DNA of 64,000 nucleotides from Girardia tigrina (Eukaryota): NCBI GenBank assembly GCA_001938485.1, contig MQRK01218853.1, positions 1 to 64,000 of the forward strand, read 5' to 3'. Shown piece by piece: positions 1 to 11,846 of this stretch (position 1 is its first letter; each line of letters starts with the position of its first letter). The notes under the pieces were generated by a model. It saw only the letters and a program-made list of their open reading frames with translations, ran no database searches and was not told where the DNA came from. The position numbers and the translations under genes were made by a program.

Positions 1-471
1 GAGAAATATCAAAAGGAAATAATAAATGACATTGATATCGTCGGACAATGTCTCAGATTTCCTGAGAAATCATTTATTTTTCAACAAGACCTTGCTCCAG
101 CCCACAAAGCGACTTCGACCACTCATTTTCTTAACGAAATGAATGTGGAAGTGTTAGACTGGCCTGCCAATTCACCGGACGCAAACCCGATTGAAAATTT
201 ATGGCATATTATTAAAAGGAATGCAATAAATACTTGCCCTGCAACAGGTAATGATCTATGGAATGCCATTCAAGACATATGGTACAAGATCTCTAGGGCC
301 CAGTGCGAGTCCCTAGTTCATTCGATGCCCCGTCGTTTATCGTCGATAATACAAATGCGTGGTTATCTAACAAAATATTAATTAAATATTTTATTTTAAT
401 ACATGTTCAATGTGTCTTTGTTGTAGATCAATAATATTCATGGGGTGCGAACTTACTTATGAACCGCACTG
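1..471 (+). mobile_element. Tc1 (DD34E) transposon, 3' part, truncated by window start
   Basis: Frame 1..381 reads FQQDLAPAH...WPANSPDANPIENLW, with 34 residues between D (codon 30) and E (codon 65). Ends in TIR-like ...ttatgaaccgcactg followed by TA at 472-473. Confidence 0.9.
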
Positions 472-514
472 TATAGTATGACTTGTTATATGTTTTAACA
501 TCTATGCTGATTTG

Positions 515-1564
515 TGTACACCAATCTCGTTGCTTTTGTCTCAACTCGAACAGGTCTCGTGATTCATCCCTACTTTTTAGTTGTGCTCTCTCAAAAATCG
601 ATTTATTTCTCACAAATTGATGTTGCTGTAACTCGTCTATCAAACTTATTTCTTCGAGTCTCAGTGCCTGTTGATAATAATCGACCTTTTACTCGAGTCT
701 TTTCATTCGATCTTCTTGTTCCTGTTGAAGGCGTTTTTTCTCATCGAACTGAAGTTTCTCAAGTTCCATTGTGTTGCGGCAGCAGCGCAGTGGAAGCGCC
801 TTTTTTTATTCATCGTTGAAAGGGAGAGAGGACATTCGTTATCATTTTGTTTTCTAATATTATTTTTATTATTATTATCATTTAATTCATTATTATTTTT
901 GTTTTTATTATTATTTTTATATTTATCATTGTAATTATTTAATTTATTATTTTCTAAATGTAAATAAATATATCTCGTACTTGTTTGGCCGAATAAAGCC
1001 AATTCGATTTTATCACCTTCAATCAGGGCTCTCAGCATGCAGTCAATAATTTTCACCCTAATGAGGGCGGGATTCCGTTCACTGCTTTCATTTTCATCAG
1101 TTTTCTTTTCCGTCGTACACAAAATATTAGCGATTATCCGTTATACCAAATCCAACATTATATTGAACAATGTGAAATAGAAATTGTAGGGGAATTTCTC
1201 GTAAAATCTTTTGTTAATGTCCGATAGATTTGAGAAATCTCCGAATAAATTGGAACGACTTCGTCGATAATTGTCGACGAGTCGCGCACAACACTCGCGA
1301 TATATCCTACGATACGGCCGTCGAATCGGTCATCAGTCAGAAAACTCTCCCGCGCGAAATTAATTGGCGGATAAGATCCAGTTTTCATTTATTTTTATTT
1401 TTTATTCGACAGCAGAAAAAAAATCGACAAACTCGATTTATAATTTTTATTAGTTTATAAAATCTCCAACTAATACGGAGTTACCGTAAATATTTAAACA
1501 AATAAAAATATTAAAACCAATGTTAATATGAAGAAAATATATACATATATATACATATCATCTC

Positions 1565-1608
<44 letters not shown>

Positions 1609-3723
1609 TTTTTATATTAAAATTAAATTTAACTTTTTTTATTTTTACTCTGATAAAATAATTGTTTTTTTAAGAAAATTATTTAAAACGAAAAAAAATT
1701 ATTTAAAATGAAACCGAACACATTGAATCTATTTTTTCAACTTCTATTTCCGTAAGGTTTTTCAATACTTGGTTCCTTGCTTGAGTCGACCTAAGATACG
1801 AGATCTTACTTTGATTAATCTTCTGTTGATGGATCATGTCCAGATCTTCCTTTCTGTTTTTTTCTTGCTTCTCATGCTCCTCATTCAACTGTATTTGTTC
1901 CTCACGTTATTTTTTTTCAATTTTTTGTTTCTCTTCGCTCTTTTTTATCTGATTATCTTCTTCCAACTGCTCATTTTTTTGCTTGTGAGACTCAATTAAG
2001 GCCTTCTGTCCCAACATAGCTTCGTGATTCTCCTTCATTTTCTTCATATATTTCTGTCTAATAAAATTTCGATTATCTCTCATCCGGTCATCAGTATATC
2101 CTACAAATCCTGCAACATCGTAAATCGCCACGGAGAACCGAGATAACTGCTTTATAAGTGTCGAAAATTCGATAATCTCTTAACTGACTTGAATTGAACT
2201 ATTTAAATTGTTACAATTATTCAATGATAAACTATTTCTTCCTTTCTCTATCAAATCTTTCGATCGTTGTGATAAACCGAGATCTGTGCAGACATCGAAT
2301 TTAATCACTCCGGCTTGATGATCGATTCGGACTGGCAAGTCAAGATTTCGGATTAATTTTACAACTATTAAATTTAGTTTTAAAGAATTAACAAAACTGC
2401 AAAGTTTCTCGAATTTAGCAATTAAAATCATTTTATAAATCATACCGATTTGTAAAAAACCTCGACTTCTTATCGATTCTTGAATAAGATCGATGTAAAC
2501 TCGCAATTCTCGACCTTGCTCTAAAAACCAAGCAAGAATTTTGGGCGCTTCTCGAGCGAGTGAGAGTGGTTGATAATCAAATTCTAATAGGAGAAAGAAA
2601 TCAGTCAGTCGACGATCGACAAGATCATAGACGCAATTTGATTGAATTTCTTGGATAAGATTTGCGCGAGTACCGATCGACGACAGACCAAGTAGCATTG
2701 ACAAGGTTTTCTGTTTGGCAGGATCACTGACTTCACTAGATTCTAGTAATGGGTGTAATGATTCCCGATGGACAGGGAGAGGAATGGCGATAGCAGAGAG
2801 GATCATTTTAAATGCTAATTCCTTTACTTCTGAAACAGAGATATTCTTTTTATTATCTCGACTGTAAAAGAATAATTTCTGAATCGCTGCCACGCGGAAT
2901 AAATATGACGAACCAGATTCAAAGAACACTTGCGAGGCTTTTAAGTAGTAATTCGCGATAATTCTCGGTTTCACGAAAATTTTTGATGAATTTAAAATAT
3001 TCCACATATTTTTGGTGGCCTTAAATGCTTCTTGGTATAACTCAAACGAAAGTTCAAAGTCGAGCATCTTTAGTCTTGTCTCAAGATGGAAGTGCCATGT
3101 TTCAGGGCCACTTTGTGTCGCATTCTGACTCATGTTGGCGGGTGACAATTTCGACAAATGATTTCTTAAAATATCAGAGAGTTTCTTAAACTCCGACTTT
3201 CGGTCGTACTTCTTACAAAACTCAAACGCTTTCTCTGCAATTTCACATTATTTCGTAGTAATTCTATACATTTTCGGTAGATTTCCCATTATAATTTCAA
3301 CCACAATATCAGGATCGATTGATCTTGATGTCCTTTCGTACTCATCAAATGTTCCGAAATTTCTGTATTATCCAAATCAACGATTTCTGATACTTCTTGC
3401 TTACTTTTCTGTTGAAATTCTTCTGTTCTCATTTTAGTGAAATTTAATTAATGCTTTACAGCTTGCTCCAAGGATTTAAGATTGATTAGAGAAGTCATGC
3501 TTTTATACTGGTAGAGGATGTCTTGGAATTTCGTAGCCTTCCTAGCATCCACACACAGTTCTGCCAGCAACATCATCACTTCTTCGTACGCTTTCACCCA
3601 CACTTTGTGCTTCTTCTGCGGTTTCATAAAGTCATGCAGCGCTTCAATCGCGGTGTTTCTTTTTCCAACATTGATTAAATCTCTAGCGGTCGCTAAAGCT
3701 GCTTCCGAATTTCCAGGCGCCAT
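515..3723 (-). pseudogene. EIF3A: Intronless eIF3 subunit A pseudogene with stops and frameshifts, interrupted by a solo LTR
   Basis: N-terminus MAPGNSEAALATARDLINVGK...LCVDARK (3448-3723); HLETRL and PCI-region VRIDH (2180-3157); coiled-coil pieces 1721-2131. After removing 772-1720 it continues MELEKL...RLE*KVDYYQQALRLEEISLI, resembling the eIF3a KIDYFERAKRLEEIPLI motif. Confidence 0.85.
772..1720. mobile_element. Solo LTR (949 bp) with 5-bp TSD CATTG
   Basis: Begins TGTTGCGG, ends CCGAACA; CATTG at 767-771 and 1721-1725; removal rejoins the eIF3a frame (KIDSM-ELEKL). Confidence 0.85.
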
Positions 3724-4353
3724 TAAAAAAACTTTCTGAAATAAATTATTAAATAAGGTAAAATTTCAATAAAATGAACTTCAAGGGTATAATCAACAAA
3801 TGATTCTAAACAAAAGGAGACATAAATTTTGAAAGTCACATAAATATAAAGACAGTCATTACGACAATTAATTAATCAGCTGGAAAACATATTGAACATG
3901 TTTTCTATGATGAAAGATCGCTAAAGTTGATATAAAAATATTCATTTACATAATACATAGAAACATTTTTTGTTCATAATGACATGTGTCCAACATAAGT
4001 GAATCAATATTTCTCAAAGTATATGGAAATAAAATTATTGTAATTTACTTACAATAATTTAGAAAGAAACTTTTGAATAAATTGGAAATATACTTTACGA
4101 ATTACTTCAATAACATGAATAACATGTAAAAATATGTTTTATAATTATTATTTCGATGAATGTTTTACTGTTGTGTTTTATCCAGTGTGTTGTTTTGCAA
4201 AAGGGAAGTCTTACAAACTTGATAATTGATTAATATGTTAAGCATTCTGATTATTTAACACATTGACTGCTGTTGACATCATGCACCGAACGTCTGCTAC
4301 GCGCGGTACGCGTAAAAAATATGATCGAACATTGTTGCCTTTTTAGCATTTAA

Positions 4354-4445
4354 CACATTGAATGCTGAGTACGAGATATCTCGTACTTAGCGTCTAACTA
4401 ATGAATATTGAAGTACGAGATATCTCGTACTCAGCATTCAATGTG
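4354..4445. mobile_element. 92-bp piggyBac-type MITE flanked by TTAA
   Basis: Perfect 35-bp TIRs (4354-4388 / 4411-4445), each containing the palindrome AGTACGAGATATCTCGTACT; TTAA at 4350-4353 and 4446-4449. Confidence 0.8.
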
Positions 4446-4617
4446 TTAAAATAAATCTTTTTAATTTTTTTTCAATTATGACCCCATTTATGATTGTGAG
4501 TTTCGATGGATAATTTAAAGTTAAAACTGAAATAATTTAAAGTATTTAATTAAAATAAGTCCACTTTAAAAAAAATATTGTCATGTATTTGAAGGCCTGA
4601 CAGAATATCTGCTAAAA

Positions 4618-7600
4618 TTATCTTTTTGGAAGAATAATGTTCTTCTCGACGAGCACTTTGTAAAATTCATGTAGTAATCTCAGCTCATCAAAACTATTTA
4701 ATTCTAATGAAATCTGTTCTCTCAGTTTTTCAACAGACAGATTCCCTTTGTATATCCATTTGATCTGTTCATTTTCATAACAAATTTGAATATTTAATTT
4801 TATTCGGCAATAGTCTATGGCATATTCACTAACTTGACTAAGACATTGGTCATGTGAAAAGGTCATCTGGATCTCTTGTAACACTTCTATCAAATCGACA
4901 AATAGTTGTTTCATAATATTCCTATAAATTAATAAATCCTTTCTATCTATTTCAGAGATTGATAATCGTAACAACTCATCAAAAAATAACAAAGTATTTC
5001 TAATTAATCGAATATCGTATTTTAAAAGTCCCATTCCATAAAAGCAATATGCTAAACCTATTTTACTCTCATTAATACTTTCCATAGCTTCATCTTCTCC
5101 ATTAAGCTCTCTTATTTTCCACTTAAAATATTTCGCAGCCTCATTATAATTTATCAAAGCAAAGTGAGAATATTCTTGGTTAGAGTTTTCTTCATATTTA
5201 TTACAATACTTGTTAGCTAATCGTAAATATTGTATTCCAAGATTATTGATTGTATCAAGCTTTCTTAAGTCATATTGTTCATCAAGTTTTAAAGCTTCCA
5301 TTAAATATTCAAGGCGCAATTTTATATTTACATGGTCAGCTGTATCTTCAACATACTTGTTATATGCTCTAGATAAAATAAGAGCAGTCTTTTCAGCCGA
5401 AGTCTTGATCCAATAGTTATGATCTGGAAAACGTTCAATACTTTTAATAGCTAAGTCGAAATTTTTCCGAGCGATATCTAAACATTCTCTGTTAATATCG
5501 ACTCTAGAATCTGTTTCATTAGGGACTAAAAAATTTAAATGGTACAATATTAAAGACGCATTTCCATAAAGAAAGCATAATAGCATATAAATTTCTGTTA
5601 TTTGTGGATTATCCAATAATTCTTCATCTAACTTATGTGTCATTTCAGAGAACTCTTTATCGATCTCCTTTAGTTTTTGAAGATTAATTTCGACATTCTT
5701 ATTTTCTTCAATACATTGATGAATTTCCAAAATCAATAAATTCAACTCTGCTTCAATTATAATCAACTTCGGCAACAAATATTTCTCTTGAAACATGGAT
5801 TTAAAAGATCGAATTTCAGTTTGAAACAGTTCTTTCATTTGACTGATATACACGGTTATTTCGGAGATTCCATTTTGGACATCCGCCAAATCCAAACAAA
5901 TATCAATGAGTAGCTCAAAAGTGCGAAATTTGCCCACAATGTCGGGATCACTTTGAAAAATAATCTTACATAATTCTCTGGATTTGTCATACTCTTTCAA
6001 ATAGTAATAAGTCTTTGCTAGAAATAATTTCACTAAAAAATCTTCAGAAATATTTACAGCTTGTTCTAGTAAAACCCTGGCTTCATTATATTCTCCGTTG
6101 TTTAAAAAATGACTACTCATCTCACAAAAAAGAGAATTAACTTCATTCTTCAATTCAATATTTTCGCATTTAGTAAATTTCTTCAAATCAATCCGTTTAA
6201 AGAGTGCTTGAAGTTCCGAACGTGCTCTCTCAAATTGGTTACTGTAAAATAGTGAGATTATCATATGCCTATGTATTCGATAAACCAGTCTTGGTAAACC
6301 AAATACGTCCATGAAGTTTTTTTCAACAGAATCATCATTAAAGACATTCATTTCATTAGGCTGGTCCCCTATTAACTGAAGAGCTTTATCTAAATATTGA
6401 TATGACTCATTATGTAGACCTATAATCGAAAAGGAAATGCCTATTTTATAAAAAGATAAAGCGGAAATAGGTACATTTTCTTTCTTTAGAACGCATATGA
6501 AAGAATCTAAATGAGATGAAACATTTAAAACATCTTTTAATTCTTCGTAAAAAGTATTTAAGTCAAAAGAATGTACATTATGAGCTAAACCTTTGACTCG
6601 TGACTTTTTACATCTAATCTTACATTCAGTCAATAAGAAAGACTTGGAAAACGTATGAAAATAAGGTGACGCTAGTTGAAGATATTCTTGTGTATGAGGA
6701 ACATTATTGACTTTATTGTTGCAAATGTTAACGTCTTCTATATCCCTTATTAACTGACCGATAACCAACATTACATGCTGAAATATATACTCGCTTTTCC
6801 TTTGATCTGACTGACCAAGATCAACTTTATTAATGATGGACATGAGGTATGTCACTTCATTTTGAATGGTTTCAAGTTTACTGGTGACTTTGTTTATTTT
6901 ATCATCGATTTCATTACTAATTGGTGCAATATTTATAACGCAAATTTTAGGATTTTCATTTATTCTTTTTGATTCTTCAATAATTATTTGCTTGTTTTTG
7001 ATATTTAATGCTAAAGGATAGTGAATTTTATCATCATCTTTAAGATTTTTCAACAGTAATTGATATGTTATATTAATGCTCTTTAATTTGTTATCAATTA
7101 TGGTTTGGCTCACCGTTCCATCACTTGAGTTTGTGATCATACTTTCAATAATTGTAGCCGCTTTTATTATTAGTTTATTAATAATGCTTTTACTATCATC
7201 GATGCTCACAGTTTTAGGTTTTTTTCTTTTTTCTTTATTAACTTTTCCTTCTACAGGTTTTTGGAGAATATTGACCTTCTCTTTTCCAGTTAAATATGTC
7301 AAAAGATTATGTGAACATTCTTCAAATTTCTCAGCATTCCTATACTGATAGTTAATAACTAGTTGACCCTTTACACTCGTTTCTTCACAGATAATTTCAT
7401 TGAAATGATCTTTTATTTCTAAAATGATTTCATTAATTGCTTCATTTTTATTGATAGTTCCATTTAAAATCGTTCTATGAAAATGACAAATTAAATGTCG
7501 AATATTGCTGAAATTTTTAAAGCTTTTCAGCATCGTTCTATTGTTCGAATCATTGATTTTATCTTCAATCAGTTCATTCAGTAACTCTCCAATGATACAA

Positions 7601-8721
7601 AAGACTCGAGCAAAATAATATCTATCGTCTTTTTCGTTAAAATCAATCAGTTGTAAATTATCAATCTCAAATTTTATTGTTCGGAAAATCAAAAATTCAT
7701 TTGCCATTGCTGAAAAATCAGTCAAAGAAGAAATCGGTAAAGTAAAGTCCGTTTCAATTTGATTCGATAAATGATGTAATGGAATATTTTCTTCCGATAA
7801 AATATACGCCAATTTCTGTTTCAGATGACTCAAATCGTTTATTATTAATTCAAACACGTCTTTGAAAATACAATCAAAAGAATTTTCGTTTTTCATAATG
7901 ACAGATAAAGTAAAAAGTCTTTCGAAATAAATCCCATCTTTATTGATAGTTTTTCCTTTATTTCGTTGAATATAACCGTATTTATTTCTGATGTAAAAAC
8001 TATTTTTATCACCTTTATCATTGTATGAGACTCTGCCTGCCAGTTCACCAATGAGAATAAGAGTCGTGTTTAAATCAATCTTATTATTTTCAAAATCTAA
8101 AATCGTTTTTAACATTTGTTCAAGTGCGAGTATGTCATTCTTTTTGTCACATTTTTCTTTACTCGTAACATGTTCTAGCACTTTGTTATTAACATTTCCA
8201 TGTTTTTTCCTAATTTTCAATTCCTGGAAATATGACCGCTGACTCTCAATCATCGTTTGGTCTATTCCATCTAACAGTTGACCAGTTGTAGCCAAACTAA
8301 CTAGATCCAATACCGTCCAAACACCGCAATCACTTAAGTTTTGATTCCGCTTTTTAGAATAATCAAAACATTTTATATTTTTACTATTGAGTGCAGATAA
8401 CAATTCATCAAAAATGGGATTACCGAAGGAATCCGAATAGAGACCTTCGAGATGTCCGCTAGAAGTCGCTCTAATCACCAATCCCACCCAATAAGGCACC
8501 TGATCTGGATCATTAGTTACCTGACCCAGATCTATCGGTATTACTAATGGTCTTGCATCATTATTCGATCTCAATATTTCGATAATCGATGATATTAATT
8601 CGGTAAAATTACAATAGTGAAATATCGACTCATAAATTAGATATTGATTTACACATTTGTCATTCAAATATTCAATTATTTCTGTCAAGTTATACCATAA
8701 TTGACCTTCAAAAGTCGTCAT
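4618..8721 (-). CDS. 1367-aa intronless protein: Ulp1/CE-clan protease-like domain, DUF86/HEPN-like modules, TPR repeats
   Basis: Uninterrupted 4.1-kb ATG-started ORF in very AT-rich DNA. Protease-like: VIPIDLG..YWVGLVI..YSDSFG..DCGVW. HEPN-like: IIGE...RHLICH and VIGQ...RVKGLAH. TPR-like: FYKIGISFSIIGLHNESYQYLDKAL, GEYNEARVLLEQAV, LAKTYYYLKEYDKS, NNLGIQY. Confidence 0.8.
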   Translation of the reverse strand: MTTFEGQLWYNLTEIIEYLNDKCVNQYLIYESIFHYCNFTELISSIIEILRSNNDARPLVIPIDLGQVTNDPDQVPYWVGLVIRATSSGHLEGLYSDSFGNPIFDELLSALNSKNIKCFDYSKKRNQNLSDCGVWTVLDLVSLATTGQLLDGIDQTMIESQRSYFQELKIRKKHGNVNNKVLEHVTSKEKCDKKNDILALEQMLKTILDFENNKIDLNTTLILIGELAGRVSYNDKGDKNSFYIRNKYGYIQRNKGKTINKDGIYFERLFTLSVIMKNENSFDCIFKDVFELIINDLSHLKQKLAYILSEENIPLHHLSNQIETDFTLPISSLTDFSAMANEFLIFRTIKFEIDNLQLIDFNEKDDRYYFARVFCIIGELLNELIEDKINDSNNRTMLKSFKNFSNIRHLICHFHRTILNGTINKNEAINEIILEIKDHFNEIICEETSVKGQLVINYQYRNAEKFEECSHNLLTYLTGKEKVNILQKPVEGKVNKEKRKKPKTVSIDDSKSIINKLIIKAATIIESMITNSSDGTVSQTIIDNKLKSINITYQLLLKNLKDDDKIHYPLALNIKNKQIIIEESKRINENPKICVINIAPISNEIDDKINKVTSKLETIQNEVTYLMSIINKVDLGQSDQRKSEYIFQHVMLVIGQLIRDIEDVNICNNKVNNVPHTQEYLQLASPYFHTFSKSFLLTECKIRCKKSRVKGLAHNVHSFDLNTFYEELKDVLNVSSHLDSFICVLKKENVPISALSFYKIGISFSIIGLHNESYQYLDKALQLIGDQPNEMNVFNDDSVEKNFMDVFGLPRLVYRIHRHMIISLFYSNQFERARSELQALFKRIDLKKFTKCENIELKNEVNSLFCEMSSHFLNNGEYNEARVLLEQAVNISEDFLVKLFLAKTYYYLKEYDKSRELCKIIFQSDPDIVGKFRTFELLIDICLDLADVQNGISEITVYISQMKELFQTEIRSFKSMFQEKYLLPKLIIIEAELNLLILEIHQCIEENKNVEINLQKLKEIDKEFSEMTHKLDEELLDNPQITEIYMLLCFLYGNASLILYHLNFLVPNETDSRVDINRECLDIARKNFDLAIKSIERFPDHNYWIKTSAEKTALILSRAYNKYVEDTADHVNIKLRLEYLMEALKLDEQYDLRKLDTINNLGIQYLRLANKYCNKYEENSNQEYSHFALINYNEAAKYFKWKIRELNGEDEAMESINESKIGLAYCFYGMGLLKYDIRLIRNTLLFFDELLRLSISEIDRKDLLIYRNIMKQLFVDLIEVLQEIQMTFSHDQCLSQVSEYAIDYCRIKLNIQICYENEQIKWIYKGNLSVEKLREQISLELNSFDELRLLHEFYKVLVEKNIILPKR

Positions 8722-8907
8722 GAATCTTATAAATGATTTAATCGGTAATTTTCAAAGATATTTTTTTCAAATTTAAATATTCGTTGTTGATGCAATGCAG
8801 AAAAACAACGATCAAGATCAATGAAATGCAAATAGTAAAATTGAATTTATTTAATATTTTGAATGAAAAATATTTAATAACTGTATAATTATTTCATAAT
8901 TATAATG

Positions 8908-8990
8908 CAATAGTCGGCAAACTTTTTGAGTCGCGGATAATATTCGAGCAAAATTTAACTTTTTACAACCCATGGCGGGTCGGTGGGCAT
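8908..8990. mobile_element. Possible hAT-type terminal remnant
   Basis: caatagtcggcaaactttttgagtcgcgg resembles CAGTGGTCGGCAAAC-type hAT ends; partner end not found. Confidence 0.3.
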
Positions 8991-10095
8991 TTAAAAAAAT
9001 AAGTAAAATATCAAACAAAATTTAGATAATTTAGATACAAAATTTAGATAGTTTACTTAGAACGTATATTCCTAATGTGAGATACTAAATTTTAGTATTA
9101 GATAAAACCAAAAAAAAATTATTTACAAATCTTCTATCATTAGTCTTTGTGATTAATGACTTCCTTAATGCTGTACCTTTTTAGTTAATTTGAACAAGTC
9201 CGGATCATATTCTGTCGAACGAAGTCATCAGAATGTTCATTGGTCATATTCGTCCTGTTTTCATCTAAAATATATTTCCTTTGGGAAAATGTTTGCTCGC
9301 TTTTATAGCAAGAACGAAAAGCGGATAAAAGACAAAATCCAATTTTTTTCAATGCTACAAATCTATTTTTAATATCAAACTAGTAAATCAAAAAAGTAAA
9401 TTTTTTATATCCATTCTTTATGCAGACAAAATTCTTCTTTGTCAACAAAATTTTTAAAATTTTAAAAATTTAACATTTAAAAATTTTAAATAGACAAACA
9501 ATAAATAATTAATATAAATTAATTTAATCGGGAATAGTTTACTTTTTTCAAATAGTTAATAAAATCAAGTCTTTTTCTTTATAAATTTCTGTTTACAGTT
9601 TTAAAAAGACAAAAATGAAAATGCAAAATTTTCTACAACTCTTTATTGAAAATAAAACAGAGAGATTATTATTTTTATTGTTCTATTAGAATGAGAAGGG
9701 CACCTGTCGGCTTTGTGAGAAACGATCACGGCGTATTAGTGCTGCTGGTGATCCATCTTACATTCATATCAGTGAAGAGTGAAACAACAACACAAATTCT
9801 GTCATTGCCAGAGACAGAGAAAGAAAAAGAAAGACCTACAAAATTGCTTTTTGACAAATAAATGAAACTCACAACTCATATAATATGCAGCAATCTTTTG
9901 AGATAATTCCTTGATCACTCACCATTACCATTACTGTCTGGTAAATTGTGTGAATGCGATTATGTATGTGTGTCAGCGTGACTGTCTGTATGTATGTGTA
10001 TCATTTGCATGTGTACCCTTGTAACGACTCTCGTGTGATCACAGTCGGTCAGTGTGCAATGAACTAAACAGAAATTGATTTAGAAATATATTATA

Positions 10096-11604
10096 CAGTG
10101 CGTTCAGAAAGTCAATGTACACCGTTCATTGTCTGGTTTATTTTTAGATAATCAGCGTTGTAGCAGACTTTTTAAATGAAAATTTCTATGAAATCGAACT
10201 ATGAAATAGATTCGTGAACAAAAAACATACCTACACACTTTGACATTGACAATGAGCGTTTTAAATTTTTTAAAAAAAATATCATTTTGATATTCAATCT
10301 AATCATTGACGAAAGTCAATTTATTGCGAAGTTAATTCCAATTGAAAATAGTTTTGTCAACGGAGGACAGAATATTTTTGATTGAACATGTCTTTCGTGC
10401 GAATGATGAATACACAGAAGCAATGAAGGAAAAATTTGCCGAAAAGTTTCCCGCAACAGCAATACCTCATCGAAATGCAGTTCAAGCGTTAGTGAACAAG
10501 TTCAGAGAAACTGGATCCGTTCATGATGCCTCCCGCTCAGGTCGACCAACGATTTTAACGGAGCAAAAATTCAATGTTATTTCGAAAGCCATGAGTCAGA
10601 GTCCAACAAAGTCAATGCGCCGTTTATCTCAAGAAGTGAGTGTATCCGTTGGAACTGCACATGCCGACGTGAGGAAAACTTTAAGCTTATATCCATATCG
10701 TATTACTTGTCAACATGAGTTGAAAGACCCAGACTTTGAAAAGCGACTCCAGTTTTGTCATTGGTTCAAGGAAAATCTGAATGAGGATGACATGCTCGAC
10801 AAGACTTTTTTTCCGATGAAGCGTGGTTTCATTTGTCTGGATATGTGAGTAGACAAAATTCTCGAGTTTGGTCCAGTGAAAATCCGCATGAATTTGTTGA
10901 GAAGCCTCTGCATTCCTTGAAAGTTGGAGTATGGTGTNNNNNNNNNNNNNNNNNNNNNNNNNNNNNNNNNNNNNNNNNNNNNNNNNNGAGTATGGTGTGT
11001 CATGTCCAGGAGGCGTGTAATTGGTCCCATCTTTTTTACTGAAACCATAACATCAGAAAGGTACTGCAAGGAAATCCTTTCTGCTTTCATCGACCAGTTA
11101 ACTAAAAAAGAACGTTCGACTGGCTATTTTCAGCAGGATGGTGCAACAGCACATACCGCAAACATTTCGCTTCGTTTTTTGAATGAGATCTTCCCGAAGA
11201 GAATCATTTCCAAAGGAATTTGGCCGNNNNNNNNNNNNNNNNNNNNNNNNNNNNNNNNNNNNNNNNNNNNNNNNNNNNNNNNNNNNNNNNNNNNNNNNNN
11301 NNNNNNNNNNNNNNNNNNNNNNNNNNNNNNNNNNNNNNNNNNNNNNNNNNNNNNNNNNNNNNNNNNNNNNNNNNNNNNNNNNNNNNNNNNNNNNNNNNNN
11401 NNNNNNNNNNNNNNNNNNNNNNNNNNNNNNNNNNNNNNNNNNNNNNNNNNNNNNNNNNNNNNNNNNNTTTTAATAAATTAAGAGACGGTCATTGTTCTTC
11501 ACATAAAATTGACTATTCAAAATATGTTGTTATTGATTTTTAGAACACAGGATATCGTTCTTGTTTTGAAATTGCAGGTGCACAGTCACTTTTTGAACGC
11601 ACTG
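10096..11604 (+). mobile_element. Tc1/mariner-superfamily transposon, rosa/DD41D-like, frameshifted
   Basis: TIRs cagtgcgttcagaaagt / actttttgaacgcactg with TA on both sides. HTH with FRETGSV..RSGRP; SDEAWFHLSGYVSRQNSRVW after a T-run frameshift near 10810; FQQDGATAH. Third catalytic residue lies in an N gap. Confidence 0.85.
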
Positions 11605-11846
11605 TATAATTTAATATGAACTACTTATAATTTATAAGTAGATATTTTCAATTGATATTGTTCAGTAAGTCTGAATTTTCCGTTTTTTTTCCAATTTTGG
11701 GACTTTAAAAAGTATTTTTGATCAAATGTTTTCATAATCATTTATTGTCATCGAGAATGAGTAAGTGTGCAAAGTTTGAAGAAAATCGATTGAGTAAAAG
11801 ATCTTCAAAAACAGGTTTCTAAATTCCATGGATATCTGTATATATA

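Noticed and set aside
703-1460. ORFs 703-1122, 1158-1388 and 1230-1460
   Set aside because: They lie almost entirely inside the solo LTR, are low-complexity or non-ATG, and show no recognisable motif.
5210-8242. Plus-strand ORFs opposite the 1367-aa gene
   Set aside because: Antisense shadows of the long ORF.
9646-10080. Short ORF and TG-rich stretch as a possible host exon
   Set aside because: No motif or convincing splice pattern.
11183-11543. ORFs composed mainly of X (also 23291-23693, 37615-37944, 43124-43454)
   Set aside because: Artefacts of N gaps.
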